Source of the DNA: an uncultured Gammaproteobacteria bacterium
GTDB taxonomy: Bacteria > Pseudomonadota > Gammaproteobacteria > UBA6002
NCBI GenBank assembly: GCA_963705725.1
Contig: CAVPKM010000010.1
Span: forward strand, 1-64,000
DNA: 64,000 bases
Reading direction: 5' to 3'
Positions 38,954 to 48,899 of this stretch are shown piece by piece. The notes under the pieces are model-generated. The model was not told the origin of the DNA and searched no databases. It worked only from the letters and a program-made list of their open reading frames with translations. A program made the translations under genes and the position numbers. The stretch's first letter is position 1; the number at the start of each line of letters is the position of its first letter.

Positions 38954-39943
38954 ATGGAGCCTAAAATGTTAGTTTCAGAAGCCGCTGAAGCAGTTGGCCT
39001 TACAGTGCAGGCCCTGCACAATCAAATTAAGAAGAAAAATCTGATACATGCAAAAAGCAAGAATCGAGTATATTTTTCACATTCAACCGCTAAATCATTA
39101 TTAGAATTAAAATTCAAAAATCAAATTATCTGCTTCCAGATAGTCAAGGGAGGCACTGGGAAGACTTCATTGTGTCTGTCTGTCGGTGTTAGAGCCAGTT
39201 TATATGGAGCTAAAACGCTATTAATCGATCTTGATTCACAAGGTAATCTTACTACTGCGTGCCGAATAAAATCTCAAGACAAGCCAGTTATGGTCGATAT
39301 TATTAGTGACGATCTAAGTATTGAAGAAGGAATAATTAATGTCAGTGAAGGTTTAGACATTTTGCCAAGTCGTATAGAAAATGTGGTATTGGATAATACC
39401 CTTATGTTAAGAAGATTTCCTGTAGATAGAGTTTATCAAGAACTATTATCCCCACTGCGTCAGAAATATGATCTGATAGTTGTAGACTGTCCTCCTGCCC
39501 TTGGGTATTCGGTTGCTGCTACAGCATTAGCATCAGATAAAGTAATTTCTCCAGTAACACCATCTGAATTTAGCTTAGAGGGCCTAGAAATTACCTCGAA
39601 AGAATTACGAGATTTACAACAAAAATATAAAACCAAAATAAAACACAGCCCAATTTTAAATGAATTTGATGGAAGAACAACCTTATCGCACGATACCTTA
39701 CGATTTTTAGCTAGTCATAAAGAATTTAGCAAACATATGATGAGAACGGTAGTTAGAAAAAATCAAATTTTCGAAAATGTTTTGACAGAGCGCGTTTCTA
39801 TTTTTGATTCTCTATTACATAGCTCAGCTAAAGAAGATGTCGACCTCTTAACAAGAGAGATTCTCAGCATTGGCGTTTTTTCAGAACCCATTGAAGAAAG
39901 TTTGGATAAAAATAAAGTAAAAAAAGAAGACTTGGTTGTATAA
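38954..39943 (+). CDS. parA: ParA family partition ATPase with N-terminal HTH
   Basis: KGGTGKTS, LIDLDSQGNLT, VVDCPPALG. Confidence 0.95.
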   Translation: MEPKMLVSEAAEAVGLTVQALHNQIKKKNLIHAKSKNRVYFSHSTAKSLLELKFKNQIICFQIVKGGTGKTSLCLSVGVRASLYGAKTLLIDLDSQGNLTTACRIKSQDKPVMVDIISDDLSIEEGIINVSEGLDILPSRIENVVLDNTLMLRRFPVDRVYQELLSPLRQKYDLIVVDCPPALGYSVAATALASDKVISPVTPSEFSLEGLEITSKELRDLQQKYKTKIKHSPILNEFDGRTTLSHDTLRFLASHKEFSKHMMRTVVRKNQIFENVLTERVSIFDSLLHSSAKEDVDLLTREILSIGVFSEPIEESLDKNKVKKEDLVV

Positions 39944-39963
39944 GCTAAAAAGGATATTGCTGT

Positions 39964-41043
39964 ATGCCTAGCGTTGAAGAAATACTAAATGGAAAGAAGA
40001 AAAAATTTAAAAAAACAAATTATCGTCCTTGGAATTTTTTAGAAGACGCAGATGTAAAAAAAATTGATTCTGACAGTAAGGAAATTGAATATCATCAAGA
40101 AGCACCTCGACGAATAGAAGAAAGAAAAGAATTTAAAAAAAAATTACAGTCCAATGACACATTTCAAGAAGATCAGCAACATTATATCTCTACAGATACT
40201 TACCTTGATCAAATTGGTAGGTTAACTGGATATCAAAAAAAGATATTTGCCTATGTACTGGAACGTTGTATGAGTAGAGGAATGTTAACAACAGGAATGG
40301 TGACTAATGAAAGTTTATCTCAGATAACATCAACTTCTCGTCAAATGGTTAAAACGTCTATAAGTAGATTAATAGAGAAGGGCTTAATATATCGAGAGAA
40401 GGGTAAATCAGGTAGGGGAGGATTTTTTATTCTAAGAATTAGTGAGGGGATACGAGCTGCTGGGTTGGAACATAAACGAAAAAATGATTTTTTTATTGAG
40501 TACGATAAAAAAATAGATGAAGCGCTACCCGAAATAAAAAATTTAGTTACACCAGAAGGTTGGATTGATGAGGATATTGATTGCTTAAAGGATATTGGCT
40601 TTACATTTGATCATGTACAACAGCTATTAAACATAGGGATATCCACGGAAAAATTAAAAGAATCAATTTTATTTTTTGCATATGACCTAAAATATAACAA
40701 CAAGACAGCTGAAATTAAAAAATCACCTTTAAACTATTTTATTGGTATTTTACGGAAATCTCGAATGTATATACCCCCGGATAATTATGAGTCTCCTGAG
40801 GAGAAAACACTTCGCCTGTACATAGAAAAAAAAGAACAGGCTTTTAAGATTAAAGAAGCAAGACTGAATAAGGCATTTAATTTGGCTTTTGAGGATTGGT
40901 ACTCAACTTTGAATTCAAATGAAAAGGACATAATGCTTCCTAGCTCTTTAAAAAATCTTAAAGAAGGGAAAATTAAAATAGAACATTTTAAAAGCGTCTT
41001 TAGAGAAAAACACTGGCCAAAAATTTTAGATGAACTTTCTTAG
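39964..41043 (+). CDS. winged-helix DNA-binding protein, candidate replication initiator
   Basis: VKTSISRLIEKGLIYREKGKSGRGG; follows parA next to the repeat arrays; no ParB GxxR box seen. Confidence 0.5.
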   Translation: MPSVEEILNGKKKKFKKTNYRPWNFLEDADVKKIDSDSKEIEYHQEAPRRIEERKEFKKKLQSNDTFQEDQQHYISTDTYLDQIGRLTGYQKKIFAYVLERCMSRGMLTTGMVTNESLSQITSTSRQMVKTSISRLIEKGLIYREKGKSGRGGFFILRISEGIRAAGLEHKRKNDFFIEYDKKIDEALPEIKNLVTPEGWIDEDIDCLKDIGFTFDHVQQLLNIGISTEKLKESILFFAYDLKYNNKTAEIKKSPLNYFIGILRKSRMYIPPDNYESPEEKTLRLYIEKKEQAFKIKEARLNKAFNLAFEDWYSTLNSNEKDIMLPSSLKNLKEGKIKIEHFKSVFREKHWPKILDELS

Positions 41044-41297
41044 TAGCAAAACTTTGGAATGATAAAAGGGTATAAAAATTTAATAACCTATTGCTATTTT
41101 TATTTTACCTTCAAAGTTAATTTTAGATCACTGTTTAGTCAAATATCACAAGTAATTTGAATTTTTGCACATATAACGAAAAAATAAAAATTTGTAAAAA
41201 ATACTATAGTTTAAGTTTGTTTTAGCAATCTAGCCATCTAAGCATTTTTAATGTATAGTAATTAAAATTAACTAAATTACACTAAGGATATACAAAA

Positions 41298-42017
41298 ATG
41301 TTTCAATCGAAAGAACCTTCAAATATTAAAGCTTCTCGCAAGGTGCTGACTGCCCGTTTTGCAGGGTTGGCGGGTAAAGCTCCTAATTTTAAAAAAACAA
41401 GTTGTATTCTTCTTGTTAGTGTTGGAAAAGAAAATTTTGAAGGATCTGCCCTTGAAGCTCAGTTAAAATTAATTAATGCAGAATTTAATGATTGCATAAT
41501 ATTAGTTGCTGATACACTTCAGCGCTATAATTTTTTAGCTTCTTATACTGAAATCTTGTCTGAAGAAAAAGCGAGAGAGGTAGGTTCCGAATGGATTAAT
41601 AGACATAATCATTTATTTAAACAGCATTTAACAAATATTAATTATGAGATTTGCAGATGGGATGAATGGATAGAAAAAGAGGGCTTTTTGGGAAAAAAAA
41701 TAATGATTGAACAACAGCTAAATTCAGACAGTATATATATTGAAGCGATGAACAAGTCTATTAACGAGTTTGTTACTAGGTGTCAAAAAAGAATTACACC
41801 TGATCAATTTTTCAATGAATTAGAAATAACTGAAAACTGTAAAAATTATCTCATAGAGGAATGTGCTGTTTTGTTAATGCTGGGCGAAGAAAATTATCAA
41901 TATATTGTCTATCCGGGAAAAGAGACACCTATTTTAGCTGCAACTCTTGATTTCATACATCAACAGAAATCAGATTGTTTAAAGGTTAGAGAAAAAGAAA
42001 GAAAGTCAACCAACTAA
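41298..42017 (+). CDS. tRNA-dependent cyclodipeptide synthase (CDPS), XYP subfamily; probable frameshifted extension to 42222
   Basis: LLVSVG (catalytic Ser), VADTLQRYN, RWDEW, NYLIEECA (Tyr/Glu), IVYPG (Tyr-Pro). Confidence 0.88.
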   Translation: MFQSKEPSNIKASRKVLTARFAGLAGKAPNFKKTSCILLVSVGKENFEGSALEAQLKLINAEFNDCIILVADTLQRYNFLASYTEILSEEKAREVGSEWINRHNHLFKQHLTNINYEICRWDEWIEKEGFLGKKIMIEQQLNSDSIYIEAMNKSINEFVTRCQKRITPDQFFNELEITENCKNYLIEECAVLLMLGEENYQYIVYPGKETPILAATLDFIHQQKSDCLKVREKERKSTN

Positions 42018-42626
42018 TTTTTTTATAAATAGACCTTCTTATCAAGAGAAGAAAATTTCTATCGATTTAAATACGTTAGCCTTATCCTTTACTGTAAACT
42101 TAAAAACTATTTTGCAAGCTATCCCAACTTCTGAAGAGCGAATGGCGCTGCTTGAAAAAATTGAATTAGATATCTTAAATGAATTAAGAGAATTATCTCA
42201 TGAAAAGCAGGAACTTGCATAAAAGCTGTTGCTATTTTATCAAATGGAATTTGAATAATGCATAAAAAATACGATCTCAAAAAAAAAGTAATAACTTTAG
42301 AAAAAATTATTTCATTGTTGCCTGGACATATTTATTGGAAGGATATGAATGGTGTTTATCTTGGTTGTAACTATTATCAAGCAAAATCTTTAGGATTCGA
42401 ATCTATTGCTGAAATTATAGGGAAAACAGACTACGAGTTACCTTGGAGAGAACAAGCAGATGAATTAGTACGAATAGATAAGAAAATAATAGCTACAAAG
42501 CAAGCTATTAAGACAGAGGAATTCGTAGTCCTACCAGATGGAAAAAAGGGTATCCGCTAATTTAACCACCCACTTATGCTATAACGTAAGTTCTTGCATA
42601 CTCCTGTTTTTTTAAAGGAGTAGCGC

Positions 42627-42980
42627 ATGACAGCAACCCATAATTCGCCTTCTCAAAAAACTCTGGCATTAAATATGGAAAAATGGCGATCAATAATTAC
42701 AGATTGGGAATTAAGCAAAGAAAGTCAAAAAAAATATTGTGAGCGGTTAGGGATAAGTTTAAATACTTTTACGCATGCCCGTAGCAAGTTAATTCGAGAT
42801 AAAAAAATAAAACCCGCGTTTATTCCTCTCTCTTTGAATCCAATCGAGATTCAAAATTCTTCGAGCATTAATACCGTGATTATTGAAAACCCGAAGGGAT
42901 TTAAACTCCATGTTTCATCAGAATTATCGTTAGATCGTTTAGTGAAAATTTTTAAATTATGTGGGTGGTTAAATGCTTAA
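42627..42980 (+). CDS. tnpA: IS66 TnpA
   Basis: WELSKESQKKYCERLGIS, PAFIPL. Confidence 0.9.
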   Translation: MTATHNSPSQKTLALNMEKWRSIITDWELSKESQKKYCERLGISLNTFTHARSKLIRDKKIKPAFIPLSLNPIEIQNSSSINTVIIENPKGFKLHVSSELSLDRLVKIFKLCGWLNA

Positions 42981-43329
42981 GTTACGAGACGAAGTAAAAA
43001 TTTATGTGAGCATGGAGCCTATAGATGCGAGAAAAAGCATTGATAGTTTATGTATCCTTATTGTCGAAAATTTTAAGGATAATCCACAATGTGGGAGCCT
43101 CTTTATTTTTTTTAATAAATCACGAGATAAAGTAAAAATTATTTGGTGGGATGCAAATGGTTTTATTCTACATTACAAGCGCCTTGAAAAAGGACGCTTT
43201 GTTCTGCCAAAATTAAGTGGAATTGATAAACTAGAAATTTCACAAACTCAGCTTCACGGTTTATTGGCAGGTTTAGATTTCTCACTCATGCGCCATTTTC
43301 CTGAAATAAATTATTATCAATATGCATAA
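42973..43329 (+). CDS. tnpB: IS66 TnpB
   Basis: protein identical to 13201..13557. Confidence 0.95.
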   Translation: MLKLRDEVKIYVSMEPIDARKSIDSLCILIVENFKDNPQCGSLFIFFNKSRDKVKIIWWDANGFILHYKRLEKGRFVLPKLSGIDKLEISQTQLHGLLAGLDFSLMRHFPEINYYQYA

Positions 43330-43369
43330 AACAGTGAGGCATAGTGGAAAATTATAGTATCATGTCTCC

Positions 43370-44917
43370 ATGGATAGATCTCATGAATTACAAGCGATAT
43401 CAAAAGAAGAATTAATTAAAATAATTCAACAAAAAAACACCCTCCTTTTTGAACAAGCAAAACAAATTCAATTTTTAGAAGAGCAAATTCTTGCCTATCG
43501 ACTTCGCCAATTTGCCAATAAATCCGAGAAAATTAATCCTAATCAAATTTCTCTTTTTGATGAGGCGGTATTGCCTAAATCAGAAGAGAAAATCTTATCA
43601 CAAGAAGAAGTCATCACGGTTGCTTCTTATACTAAAAGTAAGCAGGTAGGGAGAAGAGCACTACCTGCAGAATTATTTCGTATACCTCGAATCTATGATT
43701 TATCTGAAGATGAAAAAATTTGTCAATGCGGTTGTGCATTAACTCACATTAAAGATGAAAAAAGCGAGCAACTCGAAATTATTCCAGCAAAAATTTATGT
43801 CATCGAGCATATCAGAAAAAAATATGCCTGCAAAAAATGTCAAGAAACCATTAAGCTAGCAAAACAACCTGCTGCACCTATTCCAAGGAGTATTGCAGCA
43901 AGTGGATTATTAAGTCACGTATTGGTTTCAAAATTTCAAGATCACTTGCCGCTATTTCGCCAAGAAAAAATATTAAAACGCATTGGTGTGGATATTCCTC
44001 GAGCCACATTATGTTTATGGGTGATCAAGTGTGCTGAACTTTTGCTGCCGATTTTAAAACTAATGCATGATCGAATATTAACTTATGATATTGCTTATGT
44101 TGATGAAACCACATTGCAAGTTATTAAAGAACAGAATAAAAGTATAAAAAGTAAAAAATACATGTGGCTTTATTCAGGCGGACCCAAAGCACAATTTGTT
44201 TATTACTACCAATATCATCCTTCACGCTCACACGAAGTCGCCGATGCTTTTTTTGCGGATTTTTCAGGCTACTTACACTGTGATGGCTTCATTGGGTATG
44301 ACACATTAGCGGGAAAAAGAAAAACGATAAAACTGGTTGGCTGTTGGTATCACGCGAGACGAAAATTTATTGAAGTTACAAAGCTCATGCCAAATAAAGA
44401 AGGGGTGGCTTGGCATATTGTTAAACTCATTGCAAAACTCAGCGTGATTGAAGAAGAAATAAAAATCTTATCTGCTGCAGAAAAACAGGCTATTCGACAA
44501 GCGAAATCGAAAGTGATTATCAATGAAATACAGGATTATCTCATCAAACATCAATCTATTATTCCACCAAAAAGTTTATTAGGAGAAGCGGTAGGTTATA
44601 CACTCAATCAATGGCCAAAATTATTAAGATTTCTTGATGATGGACGTCTCGATATTAGTAATAATCTTTCTGAGCGAGGCATTAAACCTTTTGTAATCGG
44701 CAGAAAAGGTTGGCTCTTTGCTGATAGTGTGGCTGGCGCTCATGCAGCAGCAACAATTTTTAGCATCATTGAAACTTGCAAGTATCATCAGGTTGAGCCT
44801 TATGATTATTTGCGATATGTGCTTGATGTCATACCTCGATGCAACACGATTGAAGATTACGAAAAACTCCTTCCTTATAATATTGATCGAGCACTGCTGG
44901 TTAGCCAAGTGCGCTGA
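43370..44917 (+). CDS. tnpC: IS66 transposase TnpC
   Basis: protein identical to 13598..15145. Confidence 0.97.
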   Translation: MDRSHELQAISKEELIKIIQQKNTLLFEQAKQIQFLEEQILAYRLRQFANKSEKINPNQISLFDEAVLPKSEEKILSQEEVITVASYTKSKQVGRRALPAELFRIPRIYDLSEDEKICQCGCALTHIKDEKSEQLEIIPAKIYVIEHIRKKYACKKCQETIKLAKQPAAPIPRSIAASGLLSHVLVSKFQDHLPLFRQEKILKRIGVDIPRATLCLWVIKCAELLLPILKLMHDRILTYDIAYVDETTLQVIKEQNKSIKSKKYMWLYSGGPKAQFVYYYQYHPSRSHEVADAFFADFSGYLHCDGFIGYDTLAGKRKTIKLVGCWYHARRKFIEVTKLMPNKEGVAWHIVKLIAKLSVIEEEIKILSAAEKQAIRQAKSKVIINEIQDYLIKHQSIIPPKSLLGEAVGYTLNQWPKLLRFLDDGRLDISNNLSERGIKPFVIGRKGWLFADSVAGAHAAATIFSIIETCKYHQVEPYDYLRYVLDVIPRCNTIEDYEKLLPYNIDRALLVSQVR

Positions 44918-45464
44918 GGGGCTGATTAATTAGCGGATACAAAAAGGCAACTTTCTTATCGATTAAACATCCTTTATGTGACGATGATGATAATGTTATT
45001 GGTATTTTAGGAGTTTCTTTTGATATTACTGATCGAAAGCAAATGGAGAGTGAATTAATACGAACAAAAGAACAGGCTGAAATAGCAAATAAAGCAAAAA
45101 CCGAATTTTTAGAAAACATGCGCCATGATATCCGTACGCCATTGACTGGCATCACGGGATTTGCATCAATCATCGCTGATGAATCCAAAGACCTAAAAAT
45201 TAAAGAGTATGCAGAAAACTTGGTCTCTTCTAGCTATGCACTCAATGATTTATTAAATGAAATTTTAGAAGTAATTAAAATTGGATCCAATGAAATTCCA
45301 ATGCTAAAGAAAAAATTTAATTTCAATGATAAATTGTCTAATATCATCAAGCTGTTAAACGCTAAAGCTTTACAAAAGCAGCTTCAGCTGACATTGGACT
45401 ATGATGACAGGATTCCTACTTATCTTCTAGGAGACTCCACTCGAATACATCGCATTGTTTTAGA

Positions 45465-46979
45465 GAGGCTGTAAAATTTTTTGTGTAACTGGATTTAGTC
45501 AGTATAAACTAACTGAAACAAGGAGTACTGACTATGGCGACAAAACTCACTTCATTTGATCCGCAAATGATAGATAATTTGATTAAGGACTGCAAAACCC
45601 AAGAAGATATGTTTGGCGAAGGAGGTCTTCTGAAAAACTTGACGAAGGCACTTTTGGAAAGGGCCATGCAAGGAGAGATGAGCAGCCACTTGGGCTACGA
45701 GAAAAATGAGGCTAAAGGTAAGAATAGCGGCAATTCTCGAAATGGATATTCAGAAAAAACTTTAAAGGGCGAAAATGGCGAATTTACTATCCAGGTACCC
45801 AGAGATCGAAATGCAGATTTTTCTCCCCAGATTGTTGCTAAGAACCAAACGCGTTTTGAAGGGTTTGATGACAAAATCATCAGCCTTTATGCGAGAGGGA
45901 TGACGACACGTGATATACAGGGGCAATTGCAAGAGCTCTATGGGGTAGAAGTCTCTCCTACTTTCATTTCCAATGTGACCAACGAAGTCATTGAGGAAGT
46001 GAAAACTTGGCAGTGTCGTCCCTGATAAACTTTATCCCATTGTTTACTTTGATGCCTTAATGATCAAAGTTAAAGAAGATAAGCGAGTGATTAACAAAGC
46101 CTTTTATCTTGCTTTGGGTGTAGATCTTGAAGGGCAAAAAGAATTACTGGGAATTTGGATTAGCCAAACGGAAAGTTCAAAATTTTGGCTCAATGTGTTA
46201 TCTGAATTGCAGCATCGTGGTGTGGGAGATATTTTGATTGCTTGCGTTGATGGCCTTACGGGCTTTCCTGATGCCATTTCAACGGTATTTCCCAAGACCC
46301 AGGTTCAACTTTGCATTGTTCATATGATTCGAAATTCACTACGCTATGTTCCTTGGAAAAGCCGTAAGCAAGTGGCGGCGGATTTAAAAACGATTTATGG
46401 CGCAAAGACACTCGATGAAGCCGAATTATGTCTCGCTACTTTTTCCGAGAAGTGGGACGAGCATTACCCTTCTATCAGTAAAAGCTGGCTGACTCACTGG
46501 GAAAATGTCACGCCTTTTTTTGGCTACTCTTCTGAAATTCGTCGCGCGATTTATACTACGAATGCAGTTGAATCCGTGAATATGAGCCTTCGGAAGGTTA
46601 TTAAAAGTAAGCGCGTTTTTCCTTCGGATGATGCGGCTTTGAAGCAGCTATATTTAGCGCTTAAAAATATTTCAAAAAAATGGACAATGCCAATACGAAA
46701 TTGGGGTGATGCCATGAATCGTTTTATGATCCTGTTCGAAGACAGGCTAAAAGGAGCGATTTAGTTTAAGAACTGATTTAAAATTTTGTGCCTTCGATCG
46801 CCTGTGGATATATGCACAAACTGACTCGTTGCACTCGTCAGTATTGCGCACATACCCACAGGCACAATAATTTTATTTGTTTATTTAAAAAATTTTTGTT
46901 ATTTTAATTTCGCTATCTGGAATTCGGTAGCAAAAAATCTGCTGACTCAACCTGCTTACACAAAATTATTTACGCTACC
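45465..46979 (+). mobile_element. IS256 family element, copy 1; transposase split into 45534..46025 and 46060..46764
   Basis: imperfect TIRs GAGGCTGTAAAATTTTTTGTGTAA / GGTAGCGTAAATAATTTTGTGTAA; NSRNGY, VPRDR, ACVDGLTG, QLCIVH, IYTTNAVE. Confidence 0.95.
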
Positions 46980-47030
46980 TATATTTTAGGTCATACACAA
47001 GTTTTTCTCAGGAAAAAATTGAATTAAGGG

Positions 47031-47567
47031 ATGATCATGCCAAAAAGATTTGTTATGACAGGTGCGATGGGAAGTGGTAAATCGACTATTTTAAAGTTGC
47101 TGCAATCTACCGGCTTGGCTGTGATTGAAGAACCAGCGAGACAAATATTAGCTGAGCAACGCAGCATCGGTGATGATGGTGTACCAGAAAAAAATCCTAA
47201 ATATTTTTTACAACTCATGTTATCCCGTGCAATCTACCAATTTAAGCAAACTCAAGAGCTAGATGGGAACGTGATCTACGATAGGGGAGTCCCAGATATG
47301 TTAGCGTATTTTCATCTATTCAGTATGAGTTATCCTCCGGCGCAACAAGCCTCAAAATTATTTAGATATGAACCCAAGGTTTTTTTCTTCCCAGCATGGA
47401 AAGAGATATATACAACTGATGACGAAAGAAAAATGTCATTTGAATTAGCACAAGATTTTGGAATGAAAGTCCAAGAAATTTATAGTGACTATGGTTATAC
47501 GCTAATCAATGTACCCTGCGTATCGCCAGAAGAGCGTGTTCAATTTATTATCGAGAGATTGAGTTAA
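47031..47567 (+). CDS. AAA_28/NadR-like P-loop ATPase
   Basis: TGAMGSGKST, EEPARQI, YDRGVPD, FFPAWKEIYTTDDERK. Confidence 0.88.
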   Translation: MIMPKRFVMTGAMGSGKSTILKLLQSTGLAVIEEPARQILAEQRSIGDDGVPEKNPKYFLQLMLSRAIYQFKQTQELDGNVIYDRGVPDMLAYFHLFSMSYPPAQQASKLFRYEPKVFFFPAWKEIYTTDDERKMSFELAQDFGMKVQEIYSDYGYTLINVPCVSPEERVQFIIERLS

Positions 47568-47589
47568 TAAAATGATTGAAAAGGTCAAA

Positions 47590-47660
47590 ATGAAAAAATT
47601 GGTTGTTCTATCTGGTGCGTCTTCCGGCGGAAAAGCAACGCTATTATCCGAATTGTTTTT
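47590..47660 (+). pseudogene. N-terminal remnant of a second AAA_28-like ATPase
   Basis: MKKLVVLSGASSGGKATLLSEL then homology is lost. Confidence 0.5.
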
Positions 47661-47717
47661 TGGGAAGCTAAAGCCAATGATTAAATTTTTCGTTACTGCA
47701 TTATTAGGTGGGTAACA

Positions 47718-48899
47718 GTGTCATCATTGAATCAACATGATATTTCTAAAAAGACAGCACTTAAGTTTGTTATTTTATTAAGCGTGGTCAGTCTATTTGC
47801 CGATATGACTTATGAAGGTGCGCGCAGTATTACTGGACCTTATTTAGCAATATTAGGTGCCAATGCTGCAATTGTAGGTTTTGTTGCCGGCTTCGGTGAA
47901 TTTGCCGGATATGCGTTGCGCATTGTGTCTGGATATCTCGCCGATCGCACAGGTAAATATTGGGCTATCACGATAATCGGTTATGTCTGTAATTTACTTG
48001 CAGTTCCATTGTTAGCATTAGCTGGATATTGGTGGATAGCGACGGTTTTAATTGTCCTTGAGCGAACAGGCAGAGCTATTCGTGTGCCACCGCGTGATGC
48101 CATGCTCTCTCATGCTGGGCAAAAAATGGGGATGGGATGGGTCTTTGGATTACATGAGGCAATTGACCAAATAGGCGCGATGATGGGCCCATTAATTGTC
48201 GCATTTGTACTTTATTCCAAAGGAGGATACAGAGAAAGCTTCGCGGTACTTTTGGTACCAGCATTAATTGCGCTAACAATATTAATATTTGCACGATGGC
48301 TCTATCCAAAACCACAAGCTTTGGAAGTACAGCATGATAATTTTGAAGCTAAAGGAATGAATTTTTCATTTTGGCTTTATCTAACGGGCGCATCGCTAAT
48401 TGCAGCAGGGTATGCAGATTTTCCTTTGATTGCGTTTCATTTTCAAAAAACAGCAATATTATCGCCCATCTGGATCCCTGTATCTTATGCAATCGCAATG
48501 GGTCTGAATTCATTATCTGCGCCTCTTTTCGGACATTTTTATGATAGAAAAGGTTTTGTAATTTTAATTATAGTAACGATTGCTTCATGTCTTTTTGCTC
48601 CTCTGGTATTTTTAGGGAATGCTACAACGGCATTTTTTGGCGTTGCTTTATGGAGTATCGGCGTAGGCGCGCATGAGTCATTAATGCGTGCGATTGTCGC
48701 AAATATGGTACCAATGAACAGACGCGGTTCTGCCTATGGAATATTTAATACTGGATATGGCATTTGCTGGTTTTTAGGTAGCTTTTTGATGGGTATCATC
48801 TATGATGTGTCTATTCCTGCATTAGTTGTTTTTTCAATTCTCATTCAATTATTAGCCGTACCAATATTATGGATAGTAATGAAAAAAATTAAAAAATAG
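47718..48899 (+). CDS. MFS transporter
   Basis: about 12 TM segments, SGYLADRTG motif A, ERTGRAIRVPPRD. Confidence 0.93.
   Translation: MSSLNQHDISKKTALKFVILLSVVSLFADMTYEGARSITGPYLAILGANAAIVGFVAGFGEFAGYALRIVSGYLADRTGKYWAITIIGYVCNLLAVPLLALAGYWWIATVLIVLERTGRAIRVPPRDAMLSHAGQKMGMGWVFGLHEAIDQIGAMMGPLIVAFVLYSKGGYRESFAVLLVPALIALTILIFARWLYPKPQALEVQHDNFEAKGMNFSFWLYLTGASLIAAGYADFPLIAFHFQKTAILSPIWIPVSYAIAMGLNSLSAPLFGHFYDRKGFVILIIVTIASCLFAPLVFLGNATTAFFGVALWSIGVGAHESLMRAIVANMVPMNRRGSAYGIFNTGYGICWFLGSFLMGIIYDVSIPALVVFSILIQLLAVPILWIVMKKIKK

Larger units (their letters stand above)
42550..44940 (+). mobile_element. IS66 family element, copy 2 (intact)
   Basis: same TIRs as copy 1; AAAAAGG directly repeated on both flanks. 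Confidence 0.97.
42258..45464 (+). pseudogene. PAS histidine kinase split by IS66 and truncated by IS256
   Basis: removing IS66 and one target copy gives in-frame LPDGKK-ATFLSIKHPL..GVSFDITDRKQMESE..ENMRHDIRTP..GDSTRIHRIVLE. Confidence 0.92.
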
